DNA of 64,000 nt from Spirochaetia bacterium (GTDB taxonomy: Bacteria; Spirochaetota; Spirochaetia; SZUA-6; Bin103), in NCBI GenBank assembly GCA_965203055.1, contig OZ241863.1, positions 4,096,001 to 4,160,000 of the forward strand. The letters are read 5' to 3'. This document shows positions 1-9,315 of this stretch, piece by piece; the first letter of the stretch is position 1, and the number at the start of each line of letters is the position of its first letter. The position numbers and the translations under genes are program-made. Below the pieces are notes generated by a model. It had not been told where the DNA came from, ran no database searches, and worked only from the letters and a program-made list of their open reading frames with translations.

Positions 1-73
1 ACTTCCGCGATCTCGCTTATTCGTTCGAACGGAAAATTCTCCTCTATCGCACGCGGGCCGTGCTCAGCCGTCT

Positions 74-982
74 TCATTGGCGGGCGCGGCGGCGGGCGGC
101 CTCCTGCTGCAGGCGCCGGCGGGCGCCTTCCCAGGAGGGATAATCGCCGAGGGTCCGCGGGCGCCGGCTGCGCACCACCAGCGGCGGCCTGGCGCTGCGG
201 TCCAGCGCCGCCTGCAGAGCGTCGTAGCCGGCGCGCTCCCGCGCGTTCAGCTCGCGGTAGCCCGGCGTCTCCTGGAAGCGGACGTCCACGCTCCAGCGCA
301 CGCCGTCGCTGCGGTTCACCCTGCTGCCGTGGAAGGTGAGGTTGTGGAAGGCCAGGAAGTCGCCGCACCGCATCGGCTCGGGGACCGGCGCGCCGCGGCG
401 CTCGACGTCATCGAAGCTCACCATGTTCTGGTCGGCGCGCCGCGCCCCCGGCAGCAGGCCCCATTTGTGGCTGCCGGGAATGAGCCACAGGCAGCCATTG
501 CGCTCATCCACGTCGACCAGCGGAATCCATACCGAGATTACCAGGATATGGCCGGTCGCCGGGCCGTAGTACTGGCTGTCCTGGTGCAGCGGGAACGCGG
601 TGTAGGTGCTGCCGGGCAACTTGGGCCGCAGGTGGTAGTCACCGTTGAACGAGATTTCCTCGCCCAGCAGCGGCTGCAGCGTGTCCAGAATCGCCTCGTG
701 GCGCACCAGCGCGTACAGCTCGGGGGAGAACAGGAACGTGTTCCAGGAACGCATGCGCGACTCGGTGTCGCGGTAGAGCAGTGCCAGCCGCCGCCCGAAG
801 GGAGCGTCGGCGTGCACCGATTCGATGGCGCCGGAACGCTGCAGCCCGCGCGCGTGGGCGTCCACGTTGCGGGTGATGAGATCACGGATCGGCTCAAGCA
901 GGGAGTCCGGCAGCGCGCCGCGCGCCACCAAGTAGCCGTCCTCGGCGAACCGCTCGCTCGGGGTCCGGGTGTCGTTCCGCAT
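74..982 (-). CDS. Phytanoyl-CoA dioxygenase (PhyH) family Fe(II)/2OG oxygenase
   Basis: HQD (LHQDSQY), VWIPLVDVDERNGCLWLIPGSH and HGSRVNRSDGVRWSVDVRF motifs; start trimmed to MRNDT (ATG 982) behind a GGAGGAG-type RBS. Confidence 0.85.
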   Translation of the reverse strand: MRNDTRTPSERFAEDGYLVARGALPDSLLEPIRDLITRNVDAHARGLQRSGAIESVHADAPFGRRLALLYRDTESRMRSWNTFLFSPELYALVRHEAILDTLQPLLGEEISFNGDYHLRPKLPGSTYTAFPLHQDSQYYGPATGHILVISVWIPLVDVDERNGCLWLIPGSHKWGLLPGARRADQNMVSFDDVERRGAPVPEPMRCGDFLAFHNLTFHGSRVNRSDGVRWSVDVRFQETPGYRELNARERAGYDALQAALDRSARPPLVVRSRRPRTLGDYPSWEGARRRLQQEAARRRARQ

Positions 983-1059
983 CTCTCTCGCTCCTCCGCC
1001 GTTTACTTCGCGGCCGGCGCGACGATGAAGACGGGCGCGCCGGTGCCAAAGTATACTCG

Positions 1060-1983
1060 GTGCGCGTGGAACGGTCACCGCTGACACAGGGCGTGTTGTG
1101 GCCGCGGGAACGGCCGCGGCCGGAGGATCGGCCGCTGCTCGCCTGCAGCGACAACCTGGACTTCATGCGCGGGCTGCCCGGCGCGCGCTTCAAGCTGATC
1201 GTCACCTCGCCGCCGTACAACCTGGGCAAGGAATACGAGTCCAGGACCCCGCTCGACGCCTGGCTCGAAACTCAGGAACGGGTGATCGACGAGTGCGCGC
1301 GGCTTCTCCATCCGCAGGGGTCGATCTGCTGGCAGGTGGGCAACTACGTGCACGACGGCGAGATCGTTCCGCTCGACGCCGTCCTCTACCCGCTGTTCCG
1401 GCGCCGCGGCCTGCGCCTGCGCAACCGCATCATCTGGCACTTCGGCCATGGTCTGCACTGCAGCCGGCGGCTGTCCGGTCGCTACGAAACGATCAACTGG
1501 TGGACCGGAAGCGACGATTACACCTGGAATCTCGATTCCATCCGCGTCCCTTCCAAGTACCCCGGCAAGCGCTACTTCAAGGGACCCAACGCCGGCAAGC
1601 TGTCCGGCAATCCGAAGGGCAAGAATCCCAGCGACGTGTGGGAGTTCCCGAACGTGAAGAGCAATCACCCGGAGAAGACGATCCACCCGTGCCAGTTTCC
1701 CGTAGAGCTGGTGGAGCGGCTGGTGCTGTCCATGACGAACGAGGGAGACGCCGTACTCGACCCGTACATGGGGGTGGGGTCGTCGATCATCGCCGCCCTG
1801 ATGCACGGCCGCGCCGCCTGCGGCTGCGACGTCGTACCGGAATACGTGGAGATCGCCCGACGCCGCGTGCGGGAATGGTACGCGGGAACCCTCCGCACCA
1901 GACCGATGGGCAAGCCGATCTACGACCCCACCGTTCCCAACGGCGGCCACCGATTCGGATCGACGCCCGCTACTCTCACCTGA
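1060..1983 (+). CDS. Site-specific DNA methyltransferase, N4-C/N6-A, beta class
   Basis: Catalytic TSPPYN near the N-terminus, HPCQFP, SAM-binding VLDPYMGVGS near the C-terminus; start may be GTG 1066. Confidence 0.88.
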   Translation: MRVERSPLTQGVLWPRERPRPEDRPLLACSDNLDFMRGLPGARFKLIVTSPPYNLGKEYESRTPLDAWLETQERVIDECARLLHPQGSICWQVGNYVHDGEIVPLDAVLYPLFRRRGLRLRNRIIWHFGHGLHCSRRLSGRYETINWWTGSDDYTWNLDSIRVPSKYPGKRYFKGPNAGKLSGNPKGKNPSDVWEFPNVKSNHPEKTIHPCQFPVELVERLVLSMTNEGDAVLDPYMGVGSSIIAALMHGRAACGCDVVPEYVEIARRRVREWYAGTLRTRPMGKPIYDPTVPNGGHRFGSTPATLT

Positions 1984-2040
1984 ACGGCGAAGAATACCTG
2001 CTCGTTTCATCGCAAGCAGCCATGGTTCCTGTCAGGTACG

Positions 2041-2745
2041 TCAGGTGCGGGCGAACAGATATGCGCGTTGGTTCCGTCCGACGACCTCAAGCGCGCCCAT
2101 GCGCCTCAGCGTGTAGGTCATCATGCCGGCCAGCGGAGCCGGCATGGCGCCGGCCGCGGCCAGAGAGCGATTGGTGAACGGTTCTTCCAGGTGCGAGGGC
2201 AACAGCCGCGCGCAGTCAGTCGGCGTGCGGAAGCGGCGCCGGTCGCACACCGCCTGCAGCCGGGTGTCGAGGATGCTCACGCCGCGGCGTCTCCAACTGC
2301 CGCGCCCGTCGGCGCAACGCAGTTCCTCCACCTCGACCAGCAGCACCTCCAGGGTGAAGTTGGGATCGCGGATCAGGTGCGGAATCCGTATCAATTCCGC
2401 GAACAGATCGTGGTACCCGCCGCGCTTCGGCGACGCCCGGCGGCGCAGCACGCGGCCCTCCGGGTTGGCGGTAACGATCCACTTGCGCCGCGCGATGGGA
2501 AACACCAGGCGCACCGGGTGATCACTCAGCAGCCGGGTCAACTTGCGCCGCAGCTTGGCGAAGCCGCCGGTCTGAATCTCGATCAGCGTACCGCGCCGCA
2601 CCAGGTCGATGACGTATCCTCCGAGCGCCACTTCGGCACGGTCCTGCGGACGCGCGTACCAGCGCTTGAGCGCGGCGTGCAGCGAGCGTTCCCGCAGCTC
2701 GCCGATCGTGCGTCCGGGCCGCGCCGCGACGACGAGGTCAGGCAC
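2041..2745 (-). CDS. Hypothetical protein with PD-(D/E)xK-like nuclease motif
   Basis: E-x-SLHAALK ... IDLVRRGTLIEIQT (D...ExQ) pattern; starts 12 nt after the pheT stop, probably co-transcribed. Confidence 0.55.
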   Translation of the reverse strand: MPDLVVAARPGRTIGELRERSLHAALKRWYARPQDRAEVALGGYVIDLVRRGTLIEIQTGGFAKLRRKLTRLLSDHPVRLVFPIARRKWIVTANPEGRVLRRRASPKRGGYHDLFAELIRIPHLIRDPNFTLEVLLVEVEELRCADGRGSWRRRGVSILDTRLQAVCDRRRFRTPTDCARLLPSHLEEPFTNRSLAAAGAMPAPLAGMMTYTLRRMGALEVVGRNQRAYLFART

Positions 2746-2757
2746 GGATACCGGTCA

Positions 2758-4494
2758 TCAACGCGGCAGCGCTGTTCGCAAGTCGTCCAGATGGAGCTCG
2801 GCGGCAGCGCAGGGCATGCCGATCGACCACTGTTCCAGTACCGCGGGGTGCAGCTCGCCGACTACGCCGATCGGGAGCCAGGTGCGCGCTCCACCCGCTG
2901 CCGCCGGCGCGGCCGCCTCGACCCGGGCGGCGCGGCCGGGGATGAAGCGCGGGTCGTCCAGCTCCGCCAGCCGGTGCTCGGCGCCGAGGTAGAACAGCAG
3001 CGCGGCGAGGTGGGCGCCGGCGTCGTTGAAGCCGGCGGCGCGGTCCGCCACCAGCAGCGCGCAGGCGTCGACGGTGCGCGAGCCGGTCGGCTCATCGGCG
3101 GCGCGCAGCGCCACCTTGCCCACCTCGAACATCCGATGGGGATAGGCGGCGTTCTGGGAACTCATCTCGGCGGCCAGCAGGTTGGGGATGATCGAGTCGC
3201 GCACCACGGCGTAACTTTCGGTCATCGGATTGGCCACCTCCACCAGCGGCCGCTCCGGCGCGTTCATGCGCTCGGTGTAGTCGCGCCGCGCGCCCAGATA
3301 GTTGAAGATCATCTCCTGATAGCCGAGCCCCACCAACAGTTCGCGCACCGCGCGCGCGAATTGGGTTTCCGGCGTCAGCCGGCCGGCGGTGAACTCCTCC
3401 GGCAACTCCGGTTCGAAGGTGTCGAGGCCGCGCCCGATGGCGATCTCCTCGACCACGTCCACCGCGTGCAGGAAGTCGTTGCGGTAGGGCGGCGGCGTTA
3501 CCACCAGGGCGGCGCCGTCGATGCGCGCGCGGCTGCCCATCCGCTCCACCAGGCGCTGCCCCTCGGCAGGAGTGACGGTCTCGCCCAGCAGGCGCTCGGC
3601 GGCGGCCAACTCCAGCCGCGTATCGCGCTGGAAGTAGCACGGCGTCACCAGGTCGCGGCCGTGACTGGTGGGGTAGGGGTAGCGGATGCGCACCGGCTGG
3701 ATGGCGTAGCCGGCGTCGGCCAAGTCGCAGGCGGCGATGGCGCAGGCCAGCAGCAGGGTTTCGAGATGGTGGCCGGTGAGTTCCACCATGAACCGGCGGT
3801 CGCCCACGGCCACGTTGCCGAGGTCGGCGCTGTTGATGATCGGCGGGAACGACAAGGCGCGGCCGGCGGCGTCCTCCAGGTAGGGAAACGCCGGCAGGCC
3901 GCGCACGAGGTGGCCGTACTCGCGGCCCTTGGGATGCTGGTCGAGGATCTCGGCCAGCGACAGCTCGCGGTCGCTGCCAAGGGGCACGAACCGGGTGTCC
4001 GGCGGCGCCGCGCGGTAGCGCACCGGCCAGGCGAGGTCGGCGCCGCGGTAGATGCCCATGGCGATGGCGCGGCGGCGCTGGCCGTAGCTGTCGCACAGCT
4101 TCTCCTGCGACTGGACCAGCTCCAGCAGCAACGGCTCGCTCAGCGGCGGGCCGGCGGCGCCGAACGCGGCGATGGCCGGCCGGATCCGTTCGAGGGCCGG
4201 GTCGACCTGCACCTCGCGTTCGCCGGTGTCGGGCGGCGCCGCGGCGCGCGCCATGAAGGGGTAGTCGGGCAGCGCCGCGCCGCGATAGCAGCGCAGGTGG
4301 CGCGCCAGTCCGGGCGTCGACCACAGGTCGGGCCGGCTGGTGTCCTTCAGTTCGACCCGGCGCACGCCGGTAGCGGCATCGTAACCCTCCACCTCCGCCT
4401 TGGCGGTGGAGAGCAGGCGCTCCAGCTCGTCGGGCGGCGGAATCTCCCCCAGCAGGCCGGCGAGCAGCTCATCACGGACGTCGATGGTAGGCAT
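2758..4494 (-). CDS. pheT: Phenylalanine--tRNA ligase beta subunit (short archaeal/spirochaete type)
   Basis: RPDLWS, SFPPIINS, PPYRNDFLHAVDVVEEIAIG, YPHRMFEVG; 578 aa; adjacent to pheS. Confidence 0.93.
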   Translation of the reverse strand: MPTIDVRDELLAGLLGEIPPPDELERLLSTAKAEVEGYDAATGVRRVELKDTSRPDLWSTPGLARHLRCYRGAALPDYPFMARAAAPPDTGEREVQVDPALERIRPAIAAFGAAGPPLSEPLLLELVQSQEKLCDSYGQRRRAIAMGIYRGADLAWPVRYRAAPPDTRFVPLGSDRELSLAEILDQHPKGREYGHLVRGLPAFPYLEDAAGRALSFPPIINSADLGNVAVGDRRFMVELTGHHLETLLLACAIAACDLADAGYAIQPVRIRYPYPTSHGRDLVTPCYFQRDTRLELAAAERLLGETVTPAEGQRLVERMGSRARIDGAALVVTPPPYRNDFLHAVDVVEEIAIGRGLDTFEPELPEEFTAGRLTPETQFARAVRELLVGLGYQEMIFNYLGARRDYTERMNAPERPLVEVANPMTESYAVVRDSIIPNLLAAEMSSQNAAYPHRMFEVGKVALRAADEPTGSRTVDACALLVADRAAGFNDAGAHLAALLFYLGAEHRLAELDDPRFIPGRAARVEAAAPAAAGGARTWLPIGVVGELHPAVLEQWSIGMPCAAAELHLDDLRTALPR

Positions 4495-4514
4495 CTTCTT
4501 CTTTCAGGTGCGCT

Positions 4515-6215
4515 TCAATGCGCCACGCGGCGCCGGATCTGATCCAGGTCGGGCGAGAACAGATCGCGGATGTCGTCGATCCCCAACGAAATCATCGCCA
4601 TGCGGTCGATGCCCAGGCCCCAGGCCAGCACCGGCACGTCGATCCCCAGCGGGCGGGTCACTTCGGGCCGGAAGATGCCGGAGCCGCCCAGCTCGGTCCA
4701 GCCCACCGTGGGATGGCGCACGAACACCTCCACTGACGGTTCGGTGAACGGAAAGTAGGCCGGCTCGTAGCGCACGTCCGCGCTGGCCACGCCCGCCACC
4801 TCCTCGGCGAACAGCTTGAGCAGCCCCAGCAGCGTCTTCAGGTTGACCTGTTCGCCGAGGACGATGCCCTCGGTCTGATAGAAGTCGGCCAGGTGCGAGG
4901 CGTCGACTTCGTCGGGCCGGAAGCAGCGCATGATGCCGAAGTACTTGCCGGGAACGCGGGCGCGGGTAAGCGTCCGGGCGGAGACTACGGTGCCATGACT
5001 GCGCAGAATGGTGCGGCGGGCGAAGTCGCGGTCGAACTGGTAGCCCCAGCCGCGGCTGCCGGTATGCCAGCCGTCGGCATGGGCGGCGGCCACGCGCTCC
5101 AGGTAGGGCTCCGGCAGCTGGCTGGCGTACTGCGGCTGCTTGATGAAGTAGACGTCGTGTTCGTCGCGGGCGGCGTGGAACTGCGGCATGAACAGCGCGT
5201 CGCAGCACCAGAAGTTGGTCTCCACCAGCGGCCCGTCGAACTCCTCGAAGCCGAGCCCGGTGAGTTGATCGCGCACCCGGTCCAGGTAGGCGGCGTAGGG
5301 GTTGCGGCGTCCCACCAGCACCCGCCCCGGGGGCGAGTTTACGTTGTAGCGGCGAAAGCTCACCTGCCGCCACGAACCGTCGGCCAGCATCGCGCTGGTC
5401 AGTTGATTTGCCTGGACGTCGGCCGCCATCGCGCCGGTCAGCTTGAGGTCCCCAAGGTCGAATATCTGATCTTCCTGGAGCCCCAGCGAACCGTCGGCCA
5501 GCATCGCGCTGGCCCGGCGATCGATCTCCTCGCCGCTCAGGCCGGCGGCCCCCGCGGCCTGCCTGAGCCCGGCCGGGGTCAGCCGGTAGCTGACGGTCTC
5601 CGTCTCGAGGGCGCGCACCAGCCCCTTGGCGGTGCCGCGCTTGCGGCTGACGGCCGCCGCCTGCTCCCGCTGCGCGGCGCTCAGCTCCGCCGCCGCAACC
5701 GGGCGGCCGCCGGACAGCCGGTCCAGCAGCCCGCGCAGCGCCGCTACCCGCGAGTCGTTGGCGTTGCCGCCCGCGACGCTGACGTGGCGCGCGGCATCCA
5801 TCGCCAACACCCCGGCGCGCGCCAGCGCGCCGTAGGCGGAGCCCACCTCGCGCGGCTCCAGCCCCAACCGGACCGCGAGCTGCGGCATTGGCAGCGGCCC
5901 CTCGGCCCGTACCAGGGCGATGATCCGCTCTTCCGGCAGCCCTTCGCGCCGGTACCGGTCGCCGAGAGCGGTCAACTCATAGCGCAGCTCCTGCGCGCGC
6001 GACTGCTCCGCGATCAGGCCCTTGTCCAGCAACCAACTGAACGCCTGATTGCACTGGCCCAGGTTCAACCCGGCAACCTTTGCATCTCCTTCCTTAAGGA
6101 GCTTTGCATCTGCGGCCATCAGGTCGGCCGCGGTAAACGGCGCGACGGCTGACAGCGCGACGGCGGCGCGCAGGACGCGCACTTCAAGCGGGTGGAGCTG
6201 TTCGACTGAGGTCAT
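4515..6215 (-). CDS. pheS: Phenylalanine--tRNA ligase alpha subunit (long archaeal/spirochaete type)
   Basis: FWCCDALFMPQFHAAR, FRPDEVDASHLADFYQTEG, YFPFTEPS, GSGIFRPEV, AWGLGIDR; start trimmed to MTSVEQ. Confidence 0.93.
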   Translation of the reverse strand: MTSVEQLHPLEVRVLRAAVALSAVAPFTAADLMAADAKLLKEGDAKVAGLNLGQCNQAFSWLLDKGLIAEQSRAQELRYELTALGDRYRREGLPEERIIALVRAEGPLPMPQLAVRLGLEPREVGSAYGALARAGVLAMDAARHVSVAGGNANDSRVAALRGLLDRLSGGRPVAAAELSAAQREQAAAVSRKRGTAKGLVRALETETVSYRLTPAGLRQAAGAAGLSGEEIDRRASAMLADGSLGLQEDQIFDLGDLKLTGAMAADVQANQLTSAMLADGSWRQVSFRRYNVNSPPGRVLVGRRNPYAAYLDRVRDQLTGLGFEEFDGPLVETNFWCCDALFMPQFHAARDEHDVYFIKQPQYASQLPEPYLERVAAAHADGWHTGSRGWGYQFDRDFARRTILRSHGTVVSARTLTRARVPGKYFGIMRCFRPDEVDASHLADFYQTEGIVLGEQVNLKTLLGLLKLFAEEVAGVASADVRYEPAYFPFTEPSVEVFVRHPTVGWTELGGSGIFRPEVTRPLGIDVPVLAWGLGIDRMAMISLGIDDIRDLFSPDLDQIRRRVAH

Positions 6216-6362
6216 GATGGGAGGCGCTTCTCGCCGGCGGCATGGTACGTCACCGCCCGGCGGCTGTCGAGCCGCGCGCAACCAACCAAAGGGCGCATTG
6301 GGCGCACTTCCAAAGTGTGTTGGTGACTGCCGGCCGGGACCCCAGCCGGCGGGCGCCGGCGG

Positions 6363-6914
6363 CTATCTGCTTGGCGTGTCGTTCTCACCCCGCTCGCGGA
6401 GCATCGCCTCAAGCGCGGCGATGCGCGCTTCCGCCTGGCGGCGGGCGGCCGCTTCGTCATGGAGCCGGGCTTCCGCCTGGCGGCGGGCGGCTTCCGTCTG
6501 GCGGTGGGCGGCGGCTTCGTCATGGAGCCGGGCTTCCGCCTGGCGGCGGGCGGCGGCTTCCATCTGCCACCGCTGCTCCGCCCGCTGCCGCCCCTGTTGT
6601 TCTTCGTCCGACGACAGCAGATAGCTCCGCGTCACCGGATCGTACAGCGGCCGATTCTCCGCCCCGAGCACCACGAACACGTCCGGCGCCACCGAATCCA
6701 TGGTTCCCTCGTTGTAGTAGATCAGCATGTCGGCCACCACGAACACGTCGTCGCGGTGGGCGTAGCGGCGCCGCAGCGCGTCGAAGGCATAGACCAGGGG
6801 AATGAGTTGAAAATAGCTTTCCGCCAAAGGCTCACCGTCCGAACTGGGGTACTCGATCTCGACCGGAGCAACCGGAGCGAGAGCCGTGCCTGCCGCGCCT
6901 GCCGCGTAAGCCAT
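6363..6914 (-). pseudogene. Internally deleted Uma2 (DUF820) endonuclease with a repetitive coiled-coil tail
   Basis: YPSSDGEPLAES...APDVFVVLG joins directly to LYDPVTRSYL; about 100 aa of the core present in the paralogue at 53922-54635 is missing. Confidence 0.7.
6427..6560 (-). repeat. 21/63-bp coding tandem repeats (EAAARRQ/AEARLHD heptads)
   Basis: gcttccgcctggcggcgggcggc at 6427, 6469 and 6532. Confidence 0.8.
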
Positions 6915-7195
6915 CCGTGATCCTCCGCCGCCCACCATACTCCGAACGCGCCGGGTACGCTACCGGAACGACGCGGCCCAGGCGCACCAAAAAGTACCTG
7001 AGCAGACTCCGTTCTGCCCGTAACAGGTCGTGAGGACCGCTACCTGCAAGCGGAAAATGCGCCCGCAACCAAGCCAACCAGCCACCGTTGCCGCGGCGGC
7101 CGGCCGCCTTCAGCCGTAGAGGCAGCGCTTCGCCCATTCTTGGCCTTCGGGCCGACCGGGTTGCCGTCCCGCGCCGCGGCGGCAATGCTGTGCCC

Positions 7196-8575
7196 ATGAG
7201 CGAACTGAAGCGCCCGCATATCGTAGTGATCGCCGCGGACACGCTGCGCCCGGCCTACCTCGGCTGCTACGGCAACTCCGCCATGCACACCCCGAATCTC
7301 GACCGGCTGGCGGCGCAGTCGATCCGCTTTACCCGCGCCTACCCGGAGGCGCTGCCGACCATTCCGACGCGGCGCACCGTGCACGGAGGGCGGCGCGTGT
7401 ACCCGTTCGCCGACTACCGGCCGGTGCCCTGGGACAACGTCTACCTGCCCGGCTGGCAGCCCCTGGCGGCCGCGGAGCCGACCGTCGCCGAGGCCCTCGC
7501 CGCGGCCGGCTATCACACCGGCTTCGTCTCCGACGTCCCGCACTACTTCGTGCCGGGGATGAACTTCACCCGCGGCTTCCACCAGTGGCAGTTCGTACGC
7601 GGCCAGGCCGAAGATCGGTTCGGCGCCGAGGCCGCGGCCGACCCCGCGCTGCTGCCGCGCTACCGGGCGCGGACCGCGCGCCGCCACCTCGTCAACGTGC
7701 GCCCGCAGGCGCCGGAGGAGCAGTGGCCCACCGCGCGCACGTTCCGCTGGGCGCAGCAATTCCTGGAGCAGAACGCAGGCGGCGGCCAACCGCTCTACCT
7801 GTACGTCGACAGCTTCACCCCGCACGAAACATGGGAGGCGCCGCTGCACTACTACGACCGGTACGGCAGCCGCGCCGAACGCGAGCCGGTCTGGCTCTCC
7901 CTGCCCTACGGGCCGCTGGCGCAGGTACCGGAACTGGAGCCCCAACTGCCGAGCGTGCGCGCCAACTACGCCGGCCTCGTCACCATGGTGGATCATTGGT
8001 GCGGCCTGCTGCTGGACACCATCGAGCGGCTGGGAATGAGCGACCGGACGCTGGTGCTGTTCTTCAGCGACCACGGCACCAACTTCGCCGACAACCCGGA
8101 ACGGATCGTCGGCAAGCCCGCCGGCTGGATGTATCCCGGCACCATGCACGTCCCGCTGCTGCTGCGCCTGCCCGCCGGACGCGGCGCCGGCACCGAGTGC
8201 GGGCGGCTGGCCTCCACGATCGACATTCCCGCGACGGTAGCCGACGCGGCCGGACTGGAAGGATTGCCGCTGGACGGGACCAGTCTCAGCGCTGCCGCGG
8301 GCGCCGCCTACCCGGGTTACGACTACCTGACCTGCCGCTACGGCAACTTCGTCTGGTACCGCGACCGGCGCACCTGGTTCTTCAGCAGCCTGGAGTTCAC
8401 CGCGCCGCGGCTGTTCGATCTCGAAGCGGACCCGGAGTGCCAGGTCAACGTCGCCGCCAAGTTGCCCGACCGCGTGCGCGAGGCCCGCGCGCGCATCCTG
8501 GACGACGCCGGCGGCCGGTTGCTCCGCCACGACCCGCCGGCCGCCACCGATGCCATCGGCCGCCGGACCGGCTGA
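7196..8575 (+). CDS. Sulfatase-like hydrolase (alkaline phosphatase superfamily), Thr at the nucleophile position
   Basis: IAADTLR, TPNLDRLA, TIPTR in place of (C/S)xPxR, SFTPHE, FSDHG. Confidence 0.85.
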   Translation: MSELKRPHIVVIAADTLRPAYLGCYGNSAMHTPNLDRLAAQSIRFTRAYPEALPTIPTRRTVHGGRRVYPFADYRPVPWDNVYLPGWQPLAAAEPTVAEALAAAGYHTGFVSDVPHYFVPGMNFTRGFHQWQFVRGQAEDRFGAEAAADPALLPRYRARTARRHLVNVRPQAPEEQWPTARTFRWAQQFLEQNAGGGQPLYLYVDSFTPHETWEAPLHYYDRYGSRAEREPVWLSLPYGPLAQVPELEPQLPSVRANYAGLVTMVDHWCGLLLDTIERLGMSDRTLVLFFSDHGTNFADNPERIVGKPAGWMYPGTMHVPLLLRLPAGRGAGTECGRLASTIDIPATVADAAGLEGLPLDGTSLSAAAGAAYPGYDYLTCRYGNFVWYRDRRTWFFSSLEFTAPRLFDLEADPECQVNVAAKLPDRVREARARILDDAGGRLLRHDPPAATDAIGRRTG

Positions 8576-8724
8576 CGCTCCCGCACCGAACGCTAGCCGT
8601 ACCGCGGCAGCTTGCTAAGCTAAGGTGTGCGGCAGGCAGGTTTGGGATTGGAGATGATCGGAGATGATCCTGTCCTATACGAGGGGATACTGTAAGCTGT
8701 ACGCTCATGTGTTAGGGGGCAGCC

Positions 8725-9246
8725 ATGAAGTCTGCGGGATGGAATAGGTGGGATGGGCCGGTAGGCAAGTTTGCCAAGGTACTCTTGATGGTAACCGGAT
8801 CATTCTTCATGTTGATTATCGTGATTTTCGTTTTGCCAATGATGAGGCAGACCCAGACGAATTCGGATGATTCAGCAACAGAGGAAACACAAGTTGTAGA
8901 GGATGATGAATACTGCCAAGTGATTATCGCCAAGGACACGGACAGCATGGTAGCAGCTCAGGCGTTCTGCTTGATGCTGGTGCCTGCTATAGAGGCCGGA
9001 TTCATGATTGAGGGACTGGGCGCCGGCGGTCCGTTGCTGGACATCCGTGTCGGAAAGGACGTTGCCGACGGATTTCTGGCCGACAAACTCATGGGGAAAC
9101 AGATAGTACTGGACTGGATGAAGGCCTGGAAGAGCTTGGGGGAGTGGAGTTCGGTAGTCGTTACAATATACTGGAAAGATGTGAAGATCGTGGAGGGTGA
9201 TACGACCGTTCTGAACGGCGACGTAGTGACATACTTTGACAATTAA
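8725..9246 (+). CDS. Hypothetical membrane-anchored protein (low GC)
   Basis: 173-aa ORF with RBS, one N-terminal hydrophobic segment, composition clearly more AT-rich than the host. Confidence 0.65.
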   Translation: MKSAGWNRWDGPVGKFAKVLLMVTGSFFMLIIVIFVLPMMRQTQTNSDDSATEETQVVEDDEYCQVIIAKDTDSMVAAQAFCLMLVPAIEAGFMIEGLGAGGPLLDIRVGKDVADGFLADKLMGKQIVLDWMKAWKSLGEWSSVVVTIYWKDVKIVEGDTTVLNGDVVTYFDN

Positions 9247-9315
9247 GAAGGTTGCGAGTGCCAGGTTAGGCGGGTATCGCCGCCGAACCAGCTGACGATC
9301 TCCCGCCACCGAACG

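Larger units (their letters stand above)
6291..7064. mobile_element. Non-autonomous cassette bounded by GGGCGCATT / AATGCGCCC inverted ends, carrying a deleted Uma2 gene
   Basis: GGGCGCATT-GGGCGCACTTCCAAAGTGT at 6291-6318; AATGCGCCC at 7056-7064; GCAACCAA present in both flanks; the left end matches the reverse complement of 56273-56291 at 17/19. Confidence 0.5.
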
